Shown here one piece after another: positions 1 through 7,986 of a stretch of DNA of 32,000 nucleotides. The stretch lies in the NCBI RefSeq assembly GCF_000223395.1, contig NC_015931.1:990001-1022000 (forward strand). The letters are read 5' to 3'. Source of the DNA: Pyrolobus fumarii 1A (GTDB taxonomy: Archaea > Thermoproteota > Thermoprotei_A > Sulfolobales > Pyrodictiaceae). Under the pieces are notes generated by a model. That model had not been told where the DNA came from. It saw only the letters and a program-made list of their open reading frames with translations, and ran no database searches. The first letter of the stretch is position 1. Every line of letters starts with the position of its first letter. The translations under genes and the position numbers were made by a program.

Positions 1-17
1 TCATAGCTTACTCGCTG

Positions 18-449
18 ATGCGAGTGGCGAGTACAATCTACAATGTGCTCCTAGGGGGACAGCCGTTACCCTCGGCTATCCTCGCCGCCGAGAAGTTTAC
101 CACAATGACAGCCCCATTGTGGGGATTGGCGACCTACTACGCCGCCTACCGCTTCACCAGGAGGAGGATACAGTCAACGCTCGCAGGCGGCGTGTCACCA
201 CCACGTGCAACGCTTCCATTGCTGACCGTGCTTGCCGCCGCAGCACTGCTACTATACTCTGGACTCAGCGATGTGCTACTCTCCGTGCTTTTGTGCCCAG
301 TCCAACCGACGGCGTGCACCGGAGTACACGAGGCGGGCTTAGCCGCGAGGATAAGCATGGTGGTTAGCGCAGCGGCAGAGAGCATAGCGGCGAGCATAAG
401 GCGGGGTGTAGAGCTTATAGACTCTATTGTTGCGATGCTCTTCGGGTAG
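18..449 (+). CDS. hypothetical integral membrane protein (143 aa)
   Basis: The ORF has an ATG start and several hydrophobic Ala/Leu-rich segments (LLTVLAAAALLLYSGL, MVVSAAAESIAASI). The next same-strand ORF follows after 6 nt. I recognise no family motif. Confidence 0.4.
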   Translation: MRVASTIYNVLLGGQPLPSAILAAEKFTTMTAPLWGLATYYAAYRFTRRRIQSTLAGGVSPPRATLPLLTVLAAAALLLYSGLSDVLLSVLLCPVQPTACTGVHEAGLAARISMVVSAAAESIAASIRRGVELIDSIVAMLFG

Positions 450-455
450 GTCACA

Positions 456-710
456 GTGGCAAAGTTTGGCGATGTAAGGTACTGGGTGAAGACGGGTGCA
501 GCTCTAGCCTTTGTCGCGGTCACCCTATGGCTATCCTACTACTTCTTCGTAGTTGGGGTAGGCCTAGTTTCTCGCATGAGCGTGGTAGCAGGCGTGCTGT
601 CAGCGGCGATAGGCTTCGCGCTTCTCTCAGCCTCTGTGACCGTAATGAGGGACTGGGTGCTAGCTATACGCGGCAGAGAAGGTCGCGAAGAAGCCGGAGC
701 ATCATCCTAG
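456..710 (+). CDS. small membrane protein (84 aa, two predicted TM helices)
   Basis: GTG start 6 nt after the previous stop. Two hydrophobic helices are present (AALAFVAVTLWLSYYFFVVGVGLV and VVAGVLSAAIGFALLSASV). The 3' end overlaps the convergent DUF72 gene by 47 nt. Confidence 0.4.
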   Translation: MAKFGDVRYWVKTGAALAFVAVTLWLSYYFFVVGVGLVSRMSVVAGVLSAAIGFALLSASVTVMRDWVLAIRGREGREEAGASS

Positions 711-1380
711 CATTATCGAGCATCCAGTGGTCGTTGTTGAAGAACACGTAGGTTCTGCGGGGGGCTAGAGCAGCAATCCTAGATGCTATATCCATAAGCT
801 CGTCGCTGCTATAGTCATAGGCGTACCAGACGCCCCTTCCATGCATACGAAGGTATAGCGTGCCGCGTGGAGCAACTATCCAGGTGCCTATTGGGGCGTC
901 GATGGAGACAAGTGTGAACCCGAGCTTTTCCGCCCATTCTACGGTACTCTTGTCGAACCACGATTCGTGCCGGAACTCGACTGCAATCCTCTCCCCAAGA
1001 CCAGTGGTCTTTACAGCCTCTGCCACTCTCCTCATGTTCTCTGGTGTCTTCCTGAACCCAGGCGGGAGCTGCACAAGGTAGAAGTCAATGAGTGTATCCA
1101 TGGGTTTGAACACCTCGAGGAACTTTAATAGAAGCTGGAGCCCACGCTCGTTAAGCCTATGCACATGCGTAACGCCACGATAGACCTTCACGGCCCAGCG
1201 TAATGCGGCCCCCTTCCTAGCCCAGGACTCGACCATTCTCCGCGAAGGTATCCTATAGAAGCTAGCGTTAAGCTCGACAGCATTCAACCCGCTATACGAC
1301 GCGTACCACTCTAGCCCATCGGGGTTCCAATCATAGACCCAGCCACTAGTCCCCACGTAAACTGTACAGGAGGTGCCCAA
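664..1380 (-). CDS. DUF72 (YecE/UPF0759) family protein
   Basis: The N-terminus VYVGTSGWVYDWNPD...FYRIPS and the C-terminus YVFFNNDHWMLDNARMM match the characteristic DUF72 pattern (GTSGW...FY...FNN...A..NA). The length of 238 aa is typical. The start is TTG at 1380 or a GTG a few codons in. Confidence 0.8.
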   Translation of the reverse strand: MGTSCTVYVGTSGWVYDWNPDGLEWYASYSGLNAVELNASFYRIPSRRMVESWARKGAALRWAVKVYRGVTHVHRLNERGLQLLLKFLEVFKPMDTLIDFYLVQLPPGFRKTPENMRRVAEAVKTTGLGERIAVEFRHESWFDKSTVEWAEKLGFTLVSIDAPIGTWIVAPRGTLYLRMHGRGVWYAYDYSSDELMDIASRIAALAPRRTYVFFNNDHWMLDNARMMLRLLRDLLCRV

Positions 1381-1418
1381 CAGCCGTTTTCCCGCTGTGT
1401 AAAAACGCGGGGGAGGCG

Positions 1419-2186
1419 TTAGAACCTAGGCCTAATCTTCGTCTCGAACTCCTCCCAAGGCTCCGGGAGATCCTGGTCGGGGCCTAGGTCGCCCCTCGCG
1501 CGCAGCACCTCTCTCGCGAGTATCCAGTAGACGAGTGCGAGGCTCCTCCTACCCTTGTTGTTCACCGGGATGACAAGGTCGATATTCTCGATACGATTGT
1601 CAGTGTGCGCTAGGGCAACCACCGGGATACCCATGCGCGCAGCCTCCTCGATAGCCTGGCTGTCAGCTCTTGGGTCGGTAACCAGTATGACATCAGGCTC
1701 TAGGTACCACTCTAGCATCGGGTTCGTAAAGGTACCTGGAAGTATACGGCCGGTTAGAGCCTTGCAGCCAACATACTGGCAGAACTTGGTGACAGGCTTC
1801 TGGCCATACTGCCTGACAGACACGGCCACTATCTTCTCCGGCGGGAAGCGTGCTAGGAACTTAGCCGCAGTGCGCAGCCTCTCGTCAATCCTCCTAATAT
1901 CGAAGATATAGATGCCATCGGGCCTAACACGATACACGAACTTCCTCATGTACGCGGTGCAGATGTGAGTACCGACGTGAACACCAGCCTGGATATACAA
2001 CTCTAGAGGCACTAGAAGCTCAATCACACGCTCCTCAGCAGCCTGAGGAGCCTCCGCACGCTCCGGTGGCTGGGCCGCCGCAGCCTGCTCGGGCTGCACA
2101 GACTCTGCCTGTACGACCTCTGGCTGCTCAATTTGCTCCTCTCTACGCTCCTCCACCACCATAAACACACCCAAACCCGACCACAT
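1419..2186 (-). CDS. rps2: 30S ribosomal protein S2 (uS2) with an acidic low-complexity N-terminal extension
   Basis: The core [18 protein letters not shown]...[20 protein letters not shown]...[16 protein letters not shown]...[11 protein letters not shown] is canonical archaeal uS2. The true start may be the ATG at 2162 ([10 protein letters not shown]). Confidence 0.93.
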   Translation of the reverse strand: MWSGLGVFMVVEERREEQIEQPEVVQAESVQPEQAAAAQPPERAEAPQAAEERVIELLVPLELYIQAGVHVGTHICTAYMRKFVYRVRPDGIYIFDIRRIDERLRTAAKFLARFPPEKIVAVSVRQYGQKPVTKFCQYVGCKALTGRILPGTFTNPMLEWYLEPDVILVTDPRADSQAIEEAARMGIPVVALAHTDNRIENIDLVIPVNNKGRRSLALVYWILAREVLRARGDLGPDQDLPEPWEEFETKIRPRF

Positions 2187-2448
2187 CCGGAAACCAGACT
2201 TAAAGCGTCATCTCGCTATATTGATACCTTAACGAGTACAACGCGATGCAAACATGTAATAATGAGCTTAAGAAATGAAAGTGAAACCACCAATTGAGAC
2301 GTGCTTTAGCTGCTGCTACAACTAGTCCTTTCGCTTTAATTCAGTTCCTATAAACTTTCTAAGCATATACTTAGTTTTTCAATAGCTACTAAACTACCTG
2401 CTAAAACTTAAATAATACATTGTTGATAGTGATATATACATAGGTGTA

Positions 2449-3348
2449 TTGCCCATGTTACAGAGAACTATGATGTTAGCGTTGATTATATTCTTTATGG
2501 CGATCTTTTTCTCCATATTAAGTATCGGTCAGACTCAGTTATTATCTTTCTATAACGTTGTAGGCAATCTAAGGGGCACCTTAAACAAGCACAAAATAAA
2601 TGTGTCATGCAAAACTATAAATGTTTCAAAATACATTAGATATGTGCAAAAAATTGTAACGGACAAATTACACGTTAATATTACTTTGGACAATATACAA
2701 GTTAAGAATTTAGGTATTGTGAATAATAGCAGCAATCTTTGTGAAATGGATACATATGTAGTCGTAAAACCGCTTGGTAAATATGAAATCGTACTTGAGA
2801 TTAATGTAACTGAAGATAATGTAACATCGTATTCAATAGCGTTTAAACCAAATATAACACATCTAGAGAAGATAAGCAAAGAGGTTAACAGTATTTCAAA
2901 AATGGTAAAGAAGCAGCTAATAAATAGTAAATACGTACGCGAACTTCTTCAGAGAATTAATGTATTAAGTTGTATTCCTAAAGATATAAGAAAGCATATA
3001 ACCATAGACGAGATCGTAGATGCCATAATCCACGAAGCGAAGAAAGGTTCAATTAGCTTTAATCTCTTTATGCGTGGTAAGAATGTTGGTTCCGTAGCAT
3101 CATATGCAATAATGACTGTGTTTGAGAAAATTGTAGTAAACGGCAATATCTCTATAATTCCATACTATAAGTATCTTAAACTTCTTAAAACTGGGCATAA
3201 GTATGTATGTAAAGAGGAAATACACTTGCAATTTCCGTTGTACATTAACTCAAGCAGAATAGTTATTGGTTGCCCAGAGGTGGAAAGATTTCCCCTCTGC
3301 ATAGCAAATATAAGATCTAGTCCTCCTGTCATTAAAACTAGGAGGTGA
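2449..3348 (+). CDS. orphan secreted or membrane-anchored glycoprotein (299 aa)
   Basis: It has an N-terminal signal anchor (MMLALIIFFMAIFFSILSIG) and about 10 N-x-S/T sequons (NVS x2, NIT x2, NNS, NSS x2, NVT x2, NIS). The likely start is ATG 2455, preceded by AGGTG. It is a long ORF in an AT-rich, stop-rich context, which supports real coding. I recognise no family. Confidence 0.6.
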   Translation: MPMLQRTMMLALIIFFMAIFFSILSIGQTQLLSFYNVVGNLRGTLNKHKINVSCKTINVSKYIRYVQKIVTDKLHVNITLDNIQVKNLGIVNNSSNLCEMDTYVVVKPLGKYEIVLEINVTEDNVTSYSIAFKPNITHLEKISKEVNSISKMVKKQLINSKYVRELLQRINVLSCIPKDIRKHITIDEIVDAIIHEAKKGSISFNLFMRGKNVGSVASYAIMTVFEKIVVNGNISIIPYYKYLKLLKTGHKYVCKEEIHLQFPLYINSSRIVIGCPEVERFPLCIANIRSSPPVIKTRR

Positions 3349-3378
3349 AAGTATGAGAAAAGAAACATCTTAATACTT

Positions 3379-4158
3379 GTGATCCTTATGTTATTACTTT
3401 GGCCTAGGTACATTTTTAGCGTATATGCAGCACAGTATATTACAGCAAATTGGGCAGGATATGTATTCTACAGTAAATCTGACTCTGGGTACGCGCCGAT
3501 ATACTTAGCGAGCGGCTACAGTATCGTCACACCTGTCTTTCTGCCCAATGTATCAGTTTACCCAGATGCTGGTATTGGAGTATCGGTATGGGTAGGAATA
3601 TCTAATGCCATAGGAGGCTCACAAATTGAGCTTGTGCAAGGCGGCTGGGCAGCATTTTACTTTCCAAATATAAATAATTTTGTGTATTTTACCTGGTACG
3701 AGTTTTATCCTAGTGAGCCCATGATACCAATTAAGTTGGTGACAATCTACGATACAGTATACATGTGGATATATGTATACAAAGATAGTAGTACAGGAGA
3801 AGACAACGGTATGATTTGCATATGGGTTCCGGATTGGTTGTATTCTATATGCAAGTATAAAACATTATCTGTACCATTGCAGGAAATGATATACGCTGAC
3901 TTTATACTTGAAACACCGTATAATTCAACGGCTAGCGATTATATGGTGCTACCAGTTTTCAGCAACTATCGTGGAATAACATTAGGAAACGTTACTGTCA
4001 CCTTCACTAATAGTACAACATTTTACGGCAGTTGGTTTATAGTTAATGACTCTTATCATAGCATAATCCTAGAACAAGGTAACGTGATAAATGCATATGC
4101 AGTATATGAAACAAATTATGAGCGTATAGTTTTCGTGTACGTATCTAGCGAGAGGTAG
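3379..4158 (+). CDS. glutamic peptidase (family G1, eqolisin / Pfam Peptidase_A4) homologue, secreted
   Basis: A signal peptide (ILMLLLWPRYIFSVYA) is followed by G1 signature blocks in the correct order. The blocks are NWAGY, SVWVGI...IELVQGG (catalytic Gln context, Q87), TWYEFYP, ADFILET (catalytic Glu context, E178), LPVF...ITLGNVTVTF and IILEQG...VFVYV. They parallel NWAG / WVGIDG..LQTG / WYEWYP / EWIVED / FG.VTF in scytalidoglutamic peptidase. The alternative start is ATG 3388. Confidence 0.7.
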   Translation: MILMLLLWPRYIFSVYAAQYITANWAGYVFYSKSDSGYAPIYLASGYSIVTPVFLPNVSVYPDAGIGVSVWVGISNAIGGSQIELVQGGWAAFYFPNINNFVYFTWYEFYPSEPMIPIKLVTIYDTVYMWIYVYKDSSTGEDNGMICIWVPDWLYSICKYKTLSVPLQEMIYADFILETPYNSTASDYMVLPVFSNYRGITLGNVTVTFTNSTTFYGSWFIVNDSYHSIILEQGNVINAYAVYETNYERIVFVYVSSER

Positions 4159-4320
4159 AATTGCATTAAGATTTTAAACAGTTGTAAAATAGACCTTGAA
4201 CGAATATAAAAATGCATAATACAAAACACTCTTATTTTTCAAATTGCGTAAATTCGTATGTAGTATTATCTGAGTATATAATTTAATAGTAAAGAACGTT
4301 CGATAAGTTGATTATAAAAG

Positions 4321-5283
4321 GTGATTCGTGTGTTCCTCCTAGGCAGTGAATTGTTAATTTTCTATAACCGATTGTGCCTATGCAGGGTCGTCCTTATGCT
4401 TCTTCGTGTTAATCCTAGTCCCTATACGTTAGCAGGTTTACAAGCGAATCTAGATGAAGCTGTTTTCGTTGTACTTGGTCTACCTTTGGAAGCAACGTCC
4501 ACGCTAAGGCCTGGTTCGAGACTGGCGCCCCTGGCGATACGCGAAGCGTCACTCTACGTTAGCCTATGGTCCGAGCGTGTTGAGAGGAGTGTGGCTCTTG
4601 TACCGGTGCATGACGCTGGCGATGCGGTCATAGAGGCGAGTGTAAGAGACACGTTGGATAGTGTGGCAGAGCTTGTCGAGATGCTAGTGTCGCGGGGGAA
4701 ACGTGTCATTCTCGTTGGAGGCGAGCATACGATAACACTCAGTGTGGTAAAGGCTATGGTTAGGCGGGCGCGCAACCCGCTCCTAATAGTCTTTGACGCG
4801 CACCTAGACATGAGGGAGGTGCATCAAGGGGCTCACTTAGCGCACTCTACAGTGACGTTACGCGCGGCTGAGCAACTTGGAGGACAGAAAGTTGTTGTGA
4901 TTGGCGCGAGAGCCCTATCTGAGCGCGAGTTGGAGAGGGCGAAAAGACTCGGTGTCCGCGTTATACGTGCGAGAGAGTTCGAGATGAGCCATATACAGAG
5001 GCTTGCGAGGGAAGTAGAGAACGTAGATTGGCTTCACATAAGCATTGACATAGACGCTCTGGATCCCATCTTTGCACCCGGCGCTACGACCCCGGAGCCG
5101 GAGGGCCTAACACCAACACAGCTTTACGATGCTATACACGAGCTAGCTGGTAATGCGCGCTTCGCTACACTAGACTTAACCGAGTACACGCCGCTCTACG
5201 ACCCAACAAGGATAACCGCGGTATATGCTGCAAAAGCGGTCATAGAGTATATCGCGGCGCAGGCCAGGACACTCTCTCTATAG
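4321..5283 (+). CDS. speB: agmatinase (arginase/ureohydrolase family)
   Basis: The Mn-binding motifs of the ureohydrolase family are present: GGEHTITL, FDAHLDMRE, SIDIDALDPIFAPGATTPEPEGL. The probable true start is ATG 4396 (MLLRVNPSPY), because the first 25 codons lie in the AT-rich spacer. Confidence 0.85.
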   Translation: MIRVFLLGSELLIFYNRLCLCRVVLMLLRVNPSPYTLAGLQANLDEAVFVVLGLPLEATSTLRPGSRLAPLAIREASLYVSLWSERVERSVALVPVHDAGDAVIEASVRDTLDSVAELVEMLVSRGKRVILVGGEHTITLSVVKAMVRRARNPLLIVFDAHLDMREVHQGAHLAHSTVTLRAAEQLGGQKVVVIGARALSERELERAKRLGVRVIRAREFEMSHIQRLAREVENVDWLHISIDIDALDPIFAPGATTPEPEGLTPTQLYDAIHELAGNARFATLDLTEYTPLYDPTRITAVYAAKAVIEYIAAQARTLSL

Positions 5284-5416
5284 CAACAAGTAGCGCAGTA
5301 GGGGGAGAGGCGGCAAGGTGTGATAGTGTAGCTTGTGAAAACAATCTTGCTGTGTAGGGGGACCGTGGTAATCTTCCAGGATGCGAGTTGTGCGAAGAAA
5401 CGGGTGAGCTGGTTGT

Positions 5417-5617
5417 TTAGACGAAGCGGCGGAAGCGTATCACCTCGTATATGAGGGGCACGTGGGCTAGCAGCATCCTCCTGCAACAGTAGCGCTTGAT
5501 GCCAAGCTCGTCTAGAACCTTCTTGGGGTCCTCGCCGTTCTGAACTCGCTTGTGAAACTCTTCCCAGTACTGGGCTAGGGGGGCGCCACACGTCCAACAG
5601 CGGACAGGGATTATCAA
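5417..5617 (-). CDS. rpoN: DNA-directed RNA polymerase subunit N (Rpo10)
   Basis: The sequence MIIPVRCWTCGAPLAQYWEEF...LGIKRYCCRRMLLAHV shows the canonical Rpo10 zinc motif and length (66 aa). It starts 7 nt downstream of the rps9 stop. Confidence 0.95.
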   Translation of the reverse strand: MIIPVRCWTCGAPLAQYWEEFHKRVQNGEDPKKVLDELGIKRYCCRRMLLAHVPLIYEVIRFRRFV

Positions 5618-5624
5618 GCTCGGT

Positions 5625-6059
5625 TCACCTGTAGCTCTTCTGCCATCTCCTACGTGCGCTCCTCCTCATAGGCTTCTCGGGCTCAGTCTGCCTCGGGTCG
5701 CCAGCTATCATGCTCCTATCGTACTCCTCGAATATCTCGCGCAGCTCCTGACTACCTGTGAACTCTACTAGGCCCCTCGCGATAGCCATGCGCACCGCGT
5801 CGGCCTGGGCCATGATGCCACCTCCCCTCACATTGACCTTAATGTCGACCTTGCTCCAGATGTCCTTACCAGCTAGGAGCAGAGGCTCCATCATCTTCCA
5901 GCGCGCCATCTCTATGGGCCATAGCTCGAGCGGCACACCGTTTATCCAGACGCGGCCCTTGCCAGGCTTAATGACAGCGCGAGCTATCGCAGTCTTCCTC
6001 TTACCAGTCGCGATTACAATACGGACGGTCGGCTTTTGTTGAGCAGCCTGAGCGCTCAC
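5625..6059 (-). CDS. rps9: 30S ribosomal protein S9 (uS9)
   Basis: GKRKTAIARAVIKPGKGRVWINGVPLE...VNVRGGGIMAQADAVRMAIARGLV...DPRQTEPEKPMRRSARRRWQKSYR is canonical uS9. Its GTG start overlaps the rpl13 TGA stop (GTGA, 6056-6059). Confidence 0.95.
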   Translation of the reverse strand: MSAQAAQQKPTVRIVIATGKRKTAIARAVIKPGKGRVWINGVPLELWPIEMARWKMMEPLLLAGKDIWSKVDIKVNVRGGGIMAQADAVRMAIARGLVEFTGSQELREIFEEYDRSMIAGDPRQTEPEKPMRRSARRRWQKSYR

Positions 6060-6547
6060 TTGCTAACCACCCCCCTCCAGCCCATCTCGCGCGCAATAAC
6101 CTCCAGCCTTACATACTTGTGGCCCAACCTGGACACGTGCGCGTCCATGAGCATCTCGCGTGGTAGCATTGGCTTGGTGCGGAGCTGCTCGGGGAACCCT
6201 ATCCACGCGCGAAGCCTCGACCAGGCCTCTCTCCCCCTCCTGTTGTGCTTCGGTAGCATGCCGTACACGGTGTCCTTGAAGATGTGAGCTGGTGTCCTAG
6301 CCCTCCTTACACCAGTGCGGTACGGGTTGTGTAGCGTCTTGACACCGAATAGCTTCTTGTAGGCGAGTATCACCTTGGTCGGGTCGCCGCTAACAACAAC
6401 CTTCTCGACATTGACGACGTGCACGCGGAAGCCCATCAGCAGTAGCTGTGCGACCTTGCTGGCCAGCCTGCCGAGTACCAAATCTGTGCCGTCAATCACG
6501 ATCTCGCGCGGTATAGTGAAGGGTGCCTCCCCCGCCATGACGTTCAC
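6056..6547 (-). CDS. rpl13: 50S ribosomal protein L13 (uL13)
   Basis: IDGTDLVLGRLASKVAQLLLMGFRVHVVNVEKVVVSG...GMLPKHNRRGREAWSRLRAW is canonical uL13. It starts 3 nt after the rpl18e stop. Confidence 0.95.
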   Translation of the reverse strand: MNVMAGEAPFTIPREIVIDGTDLVLGRLASKVAQLLLMGFRVHVVNVEKVVVSGDPTKVILAYKKLFGVKTLHNPYRTGVRRARTPAHIFKDTVYGMLPKHNRRGREAWSRLRAWIGFPEQLRTKPMLPREMLMDAHVSRLGHKYVRLEVIAREMGWRGVVSK

Positions 6548-6550
6548 ACC

Positions 6551-6913
6551 TCACACGATTATCTTCACGCGCGAACCGCGCGGGTTCTCCTCAATAAGCT
6601 GTAGTATGTGTATAGCTCTACCCCCGGCCTTCCTAATCTTCTCCAGCGCCTGCTCGCTAAAGGCGACGGCGGCAACAGTAACCGGGTGGTCTAGCCTACC
6701 AGCGCCTAGAACCTTGCCAGGCACAACAACGACGTCACCCGGCTCGGTGTAGCGGTTTATCTTACTCACGTTTACTGCAACCCTCTGCCTCCTTGGCTTC
6801 TCGAGCCACTCGGCAACGGCGCGCCAAATCCTAGCCTTGTGCTGTCTAGCCGCCTTCCTTAACGCTCTTATCGTCATACGGAGGATTATGTTCGTGGGCC
6901 CGGTTCTCTTCAT
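6551..6913 (-). CDS. rpl18e: 50S ribosomal protein L18e (eL18)
   Basis: [56 protein letters not shown]...[28 protein letters not shown] is typical L18e. The track ORF extends to 7003 and overlaps rpoD, so the internal ATG at 6913 is the probable start. Confidence 0.9.
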   Translation of the reverse strand: MKRTGPTNIILRMTIRALRKAARQHKARIWRAVAEWLEKPRRQRVAVNVSKINRYTEPGDVVVVPGKVLGAGRLDHPVTVAAVAFSEQALEKIRKAGGRAIHILQLIEENPRGSRVKIIV

Positions 6914-6950
6914 ACCGCTTCCCGGCGGACGTGGAACCGGGGAAAGGGGT

Positions 6951-7844
6951 TTAAGACTCACCCTTGGCCAGTGACTCCTCGTAAGCCTTCCTAAGCTCGT
7001 CAAGCTCGCTGATCATCTCGAGAGCCTTCCTTTTGATAGCGTCACTCGCTAGAACGAGTATATCGCGGGCAGGTAGCTGCCCAACGCTCTCAATGGTCAG
7101 TATCAGCTTGTTACTGTCAAACTCGAGCTTCGCGGCGTCGCCGCACCTCTTCTTCACGCACCAGAGTAGGGTAGAAGAACGTACCTCCTCGAGTATCTCG
7201 ATGCGTCCCTTCTCTTTCATGTTGCGTAGCTTCTCGGCGACCTCCGGCGCAAACTCCTCGATACACTCTATACAGTCGTTGGCCTTCTCGTGCTTCGGGT
7301 CAAACTCGAGTACGGGCAGATAGCGGTGTGCGGCGACACTCACCGGGAACCACTTTGCATGCTCCTTGCCGTAACCTAGTCTCGCGTATGCCCTCACGTG
7401 TAGACGCTGCCCGGGCGCCATGAGTACTATGGGGATGTTTGGATAGACGGGTTTTACCGTAGGGTCGCTGCTCTGCAGGTCGCCGCTATACACCATGCGA
7501 ACCTCGTCAACGCCTGTCTCCACCTCGAGCGTCAATGTTGCAAAGCAGCCAGGTTCGTCGAACTTTGGGACGCCAGACGAGTCTATACACGACTCTTGGA
7601 ACTCCTCGGGCTTCTTATAGCTCTTGATAGCCTCGCGCGAGTCTAGTGGTATAAGGCCAAGCCTATGAGCGAGAATCTCGTCGTACAAGACCGTATTGTT
7701 GTCGATAAACTCGACATAGTCTATAGCCATCACGGGGACCATGGTGTATGCTGCTCTTCTAAGCGCGTTCACAAAGGCGAGCGGCGCGCCTTCGATGAGC
7801 ACGCGTAGCCTCAACGGGGCCTCTTCAAGCAACCTAATCTCCAA
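6951..7844 (-). CDS. rpoD: DNA-directed RNA polymerase subunit D (Rpo3)
   Basis: [44 protein letters not shown] is the hallmark Rpo3 dimerisation-domain sequence. An inserted domain carries four Cys (CIEC...CVKKRC), reminiscent of the Fe-S domain of crenarchaeal Rpo3. Confidence 0.93.
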   Translation of the reverse strand: MEIRLLEEAPLRLRVLIEGAPLAFVNALRRAAYTMVPVMAIDYVEFIDNNTVLYDEILAHRLGLIPLDSREAIKSYKKPEEFQESCIDSSGVPKFDEPGCFATLTLEVETGVDEVRMVYSGDLQSSDPTVKPVYPNIPIVLMAPGQRLHVRAYARLGYGKEHAKWFPVSVAAHRYLPVLEFDPKHEKANDCIECIEEFAPEVAEKLRNMKEKGRIEILEEVRSSTLLWCVKKRCGDAAKLEFDSNKLILTIESVGQLPARDILVLASDAIKRKALEMISELDELRKAYEESLAKGES

Positions 7845-7986
7845 GACCGTTACCCACTGGCCACACCGAGCGCCAGTAGCTTATTACCACTATTCCATCA
7901 CTATAGCTGCCTCTCGGGCGTCCAGAGTGGCCAAGTTAACCAGGCTACTGGCGTGGTTGACGCGGGTGCCGCGCTGCCCGGGCGGC

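Larger units (their letters stand above)
2190..4395. other. AT-rich genomic islet of probable foreign origin carrying two secreted-protein genes
   Basis: Composition breaks abruptly. Hand counts give 16/60 G+C at 2401-2460 and 19/60 at 3661-3720, against 34/60 at 8401-8460. The two ORFs are rich in Asn/Ile/Lys/Tyr, unlike the Ala/Arg/Val/Leu/Gly-rich flanking proteins. Boundaries are approximate, and no integrase, tRNA flank or obvious direct repeats were seen. Confidence 0.8.

Noticed and set aside
146-523. 125-aa minus-strand ORF antisense to the first two membrane-protein genes
   Set aside because: It overlaps better-supported + strand ORFs completely, and its Ser/Thr/Ala-rich composition is typical of shadow frames in GC-rich DNA. 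The same reasoning applies to 119..367 and 527..751.
3346-3378. Possible TGA read-through fusing the orphan ORF to the G1 peptidase (same frame, 10 sense codons apart)
   Set aside because: The peptidase has its own signal peptide immediately after its start, and an in-frame arrangement has a one-in-three chance of arising randomly. No SECIS-like or read-through context was identified.
2190-4395. Integrated provirus, IS element or integrative element as an explanation for the AT-rich islet
   Set aside because: There is no integrase, transposase, terminal inverted repeats, tRNA-derived att site or clear flanking direct repeats visible by eye. I retain it only as an islet of unknown origin.
5196-5597. 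133-aa minus-strand ORF spanning the agmatinase 3' end and rpoN
   Set aside because: It overlaps rpoN, which has an unmistakable Rpo10 sequence, in another frame. It also overlaps the end of the agmatinase gene and has Arg/Pro/Ser-rich junk composition.
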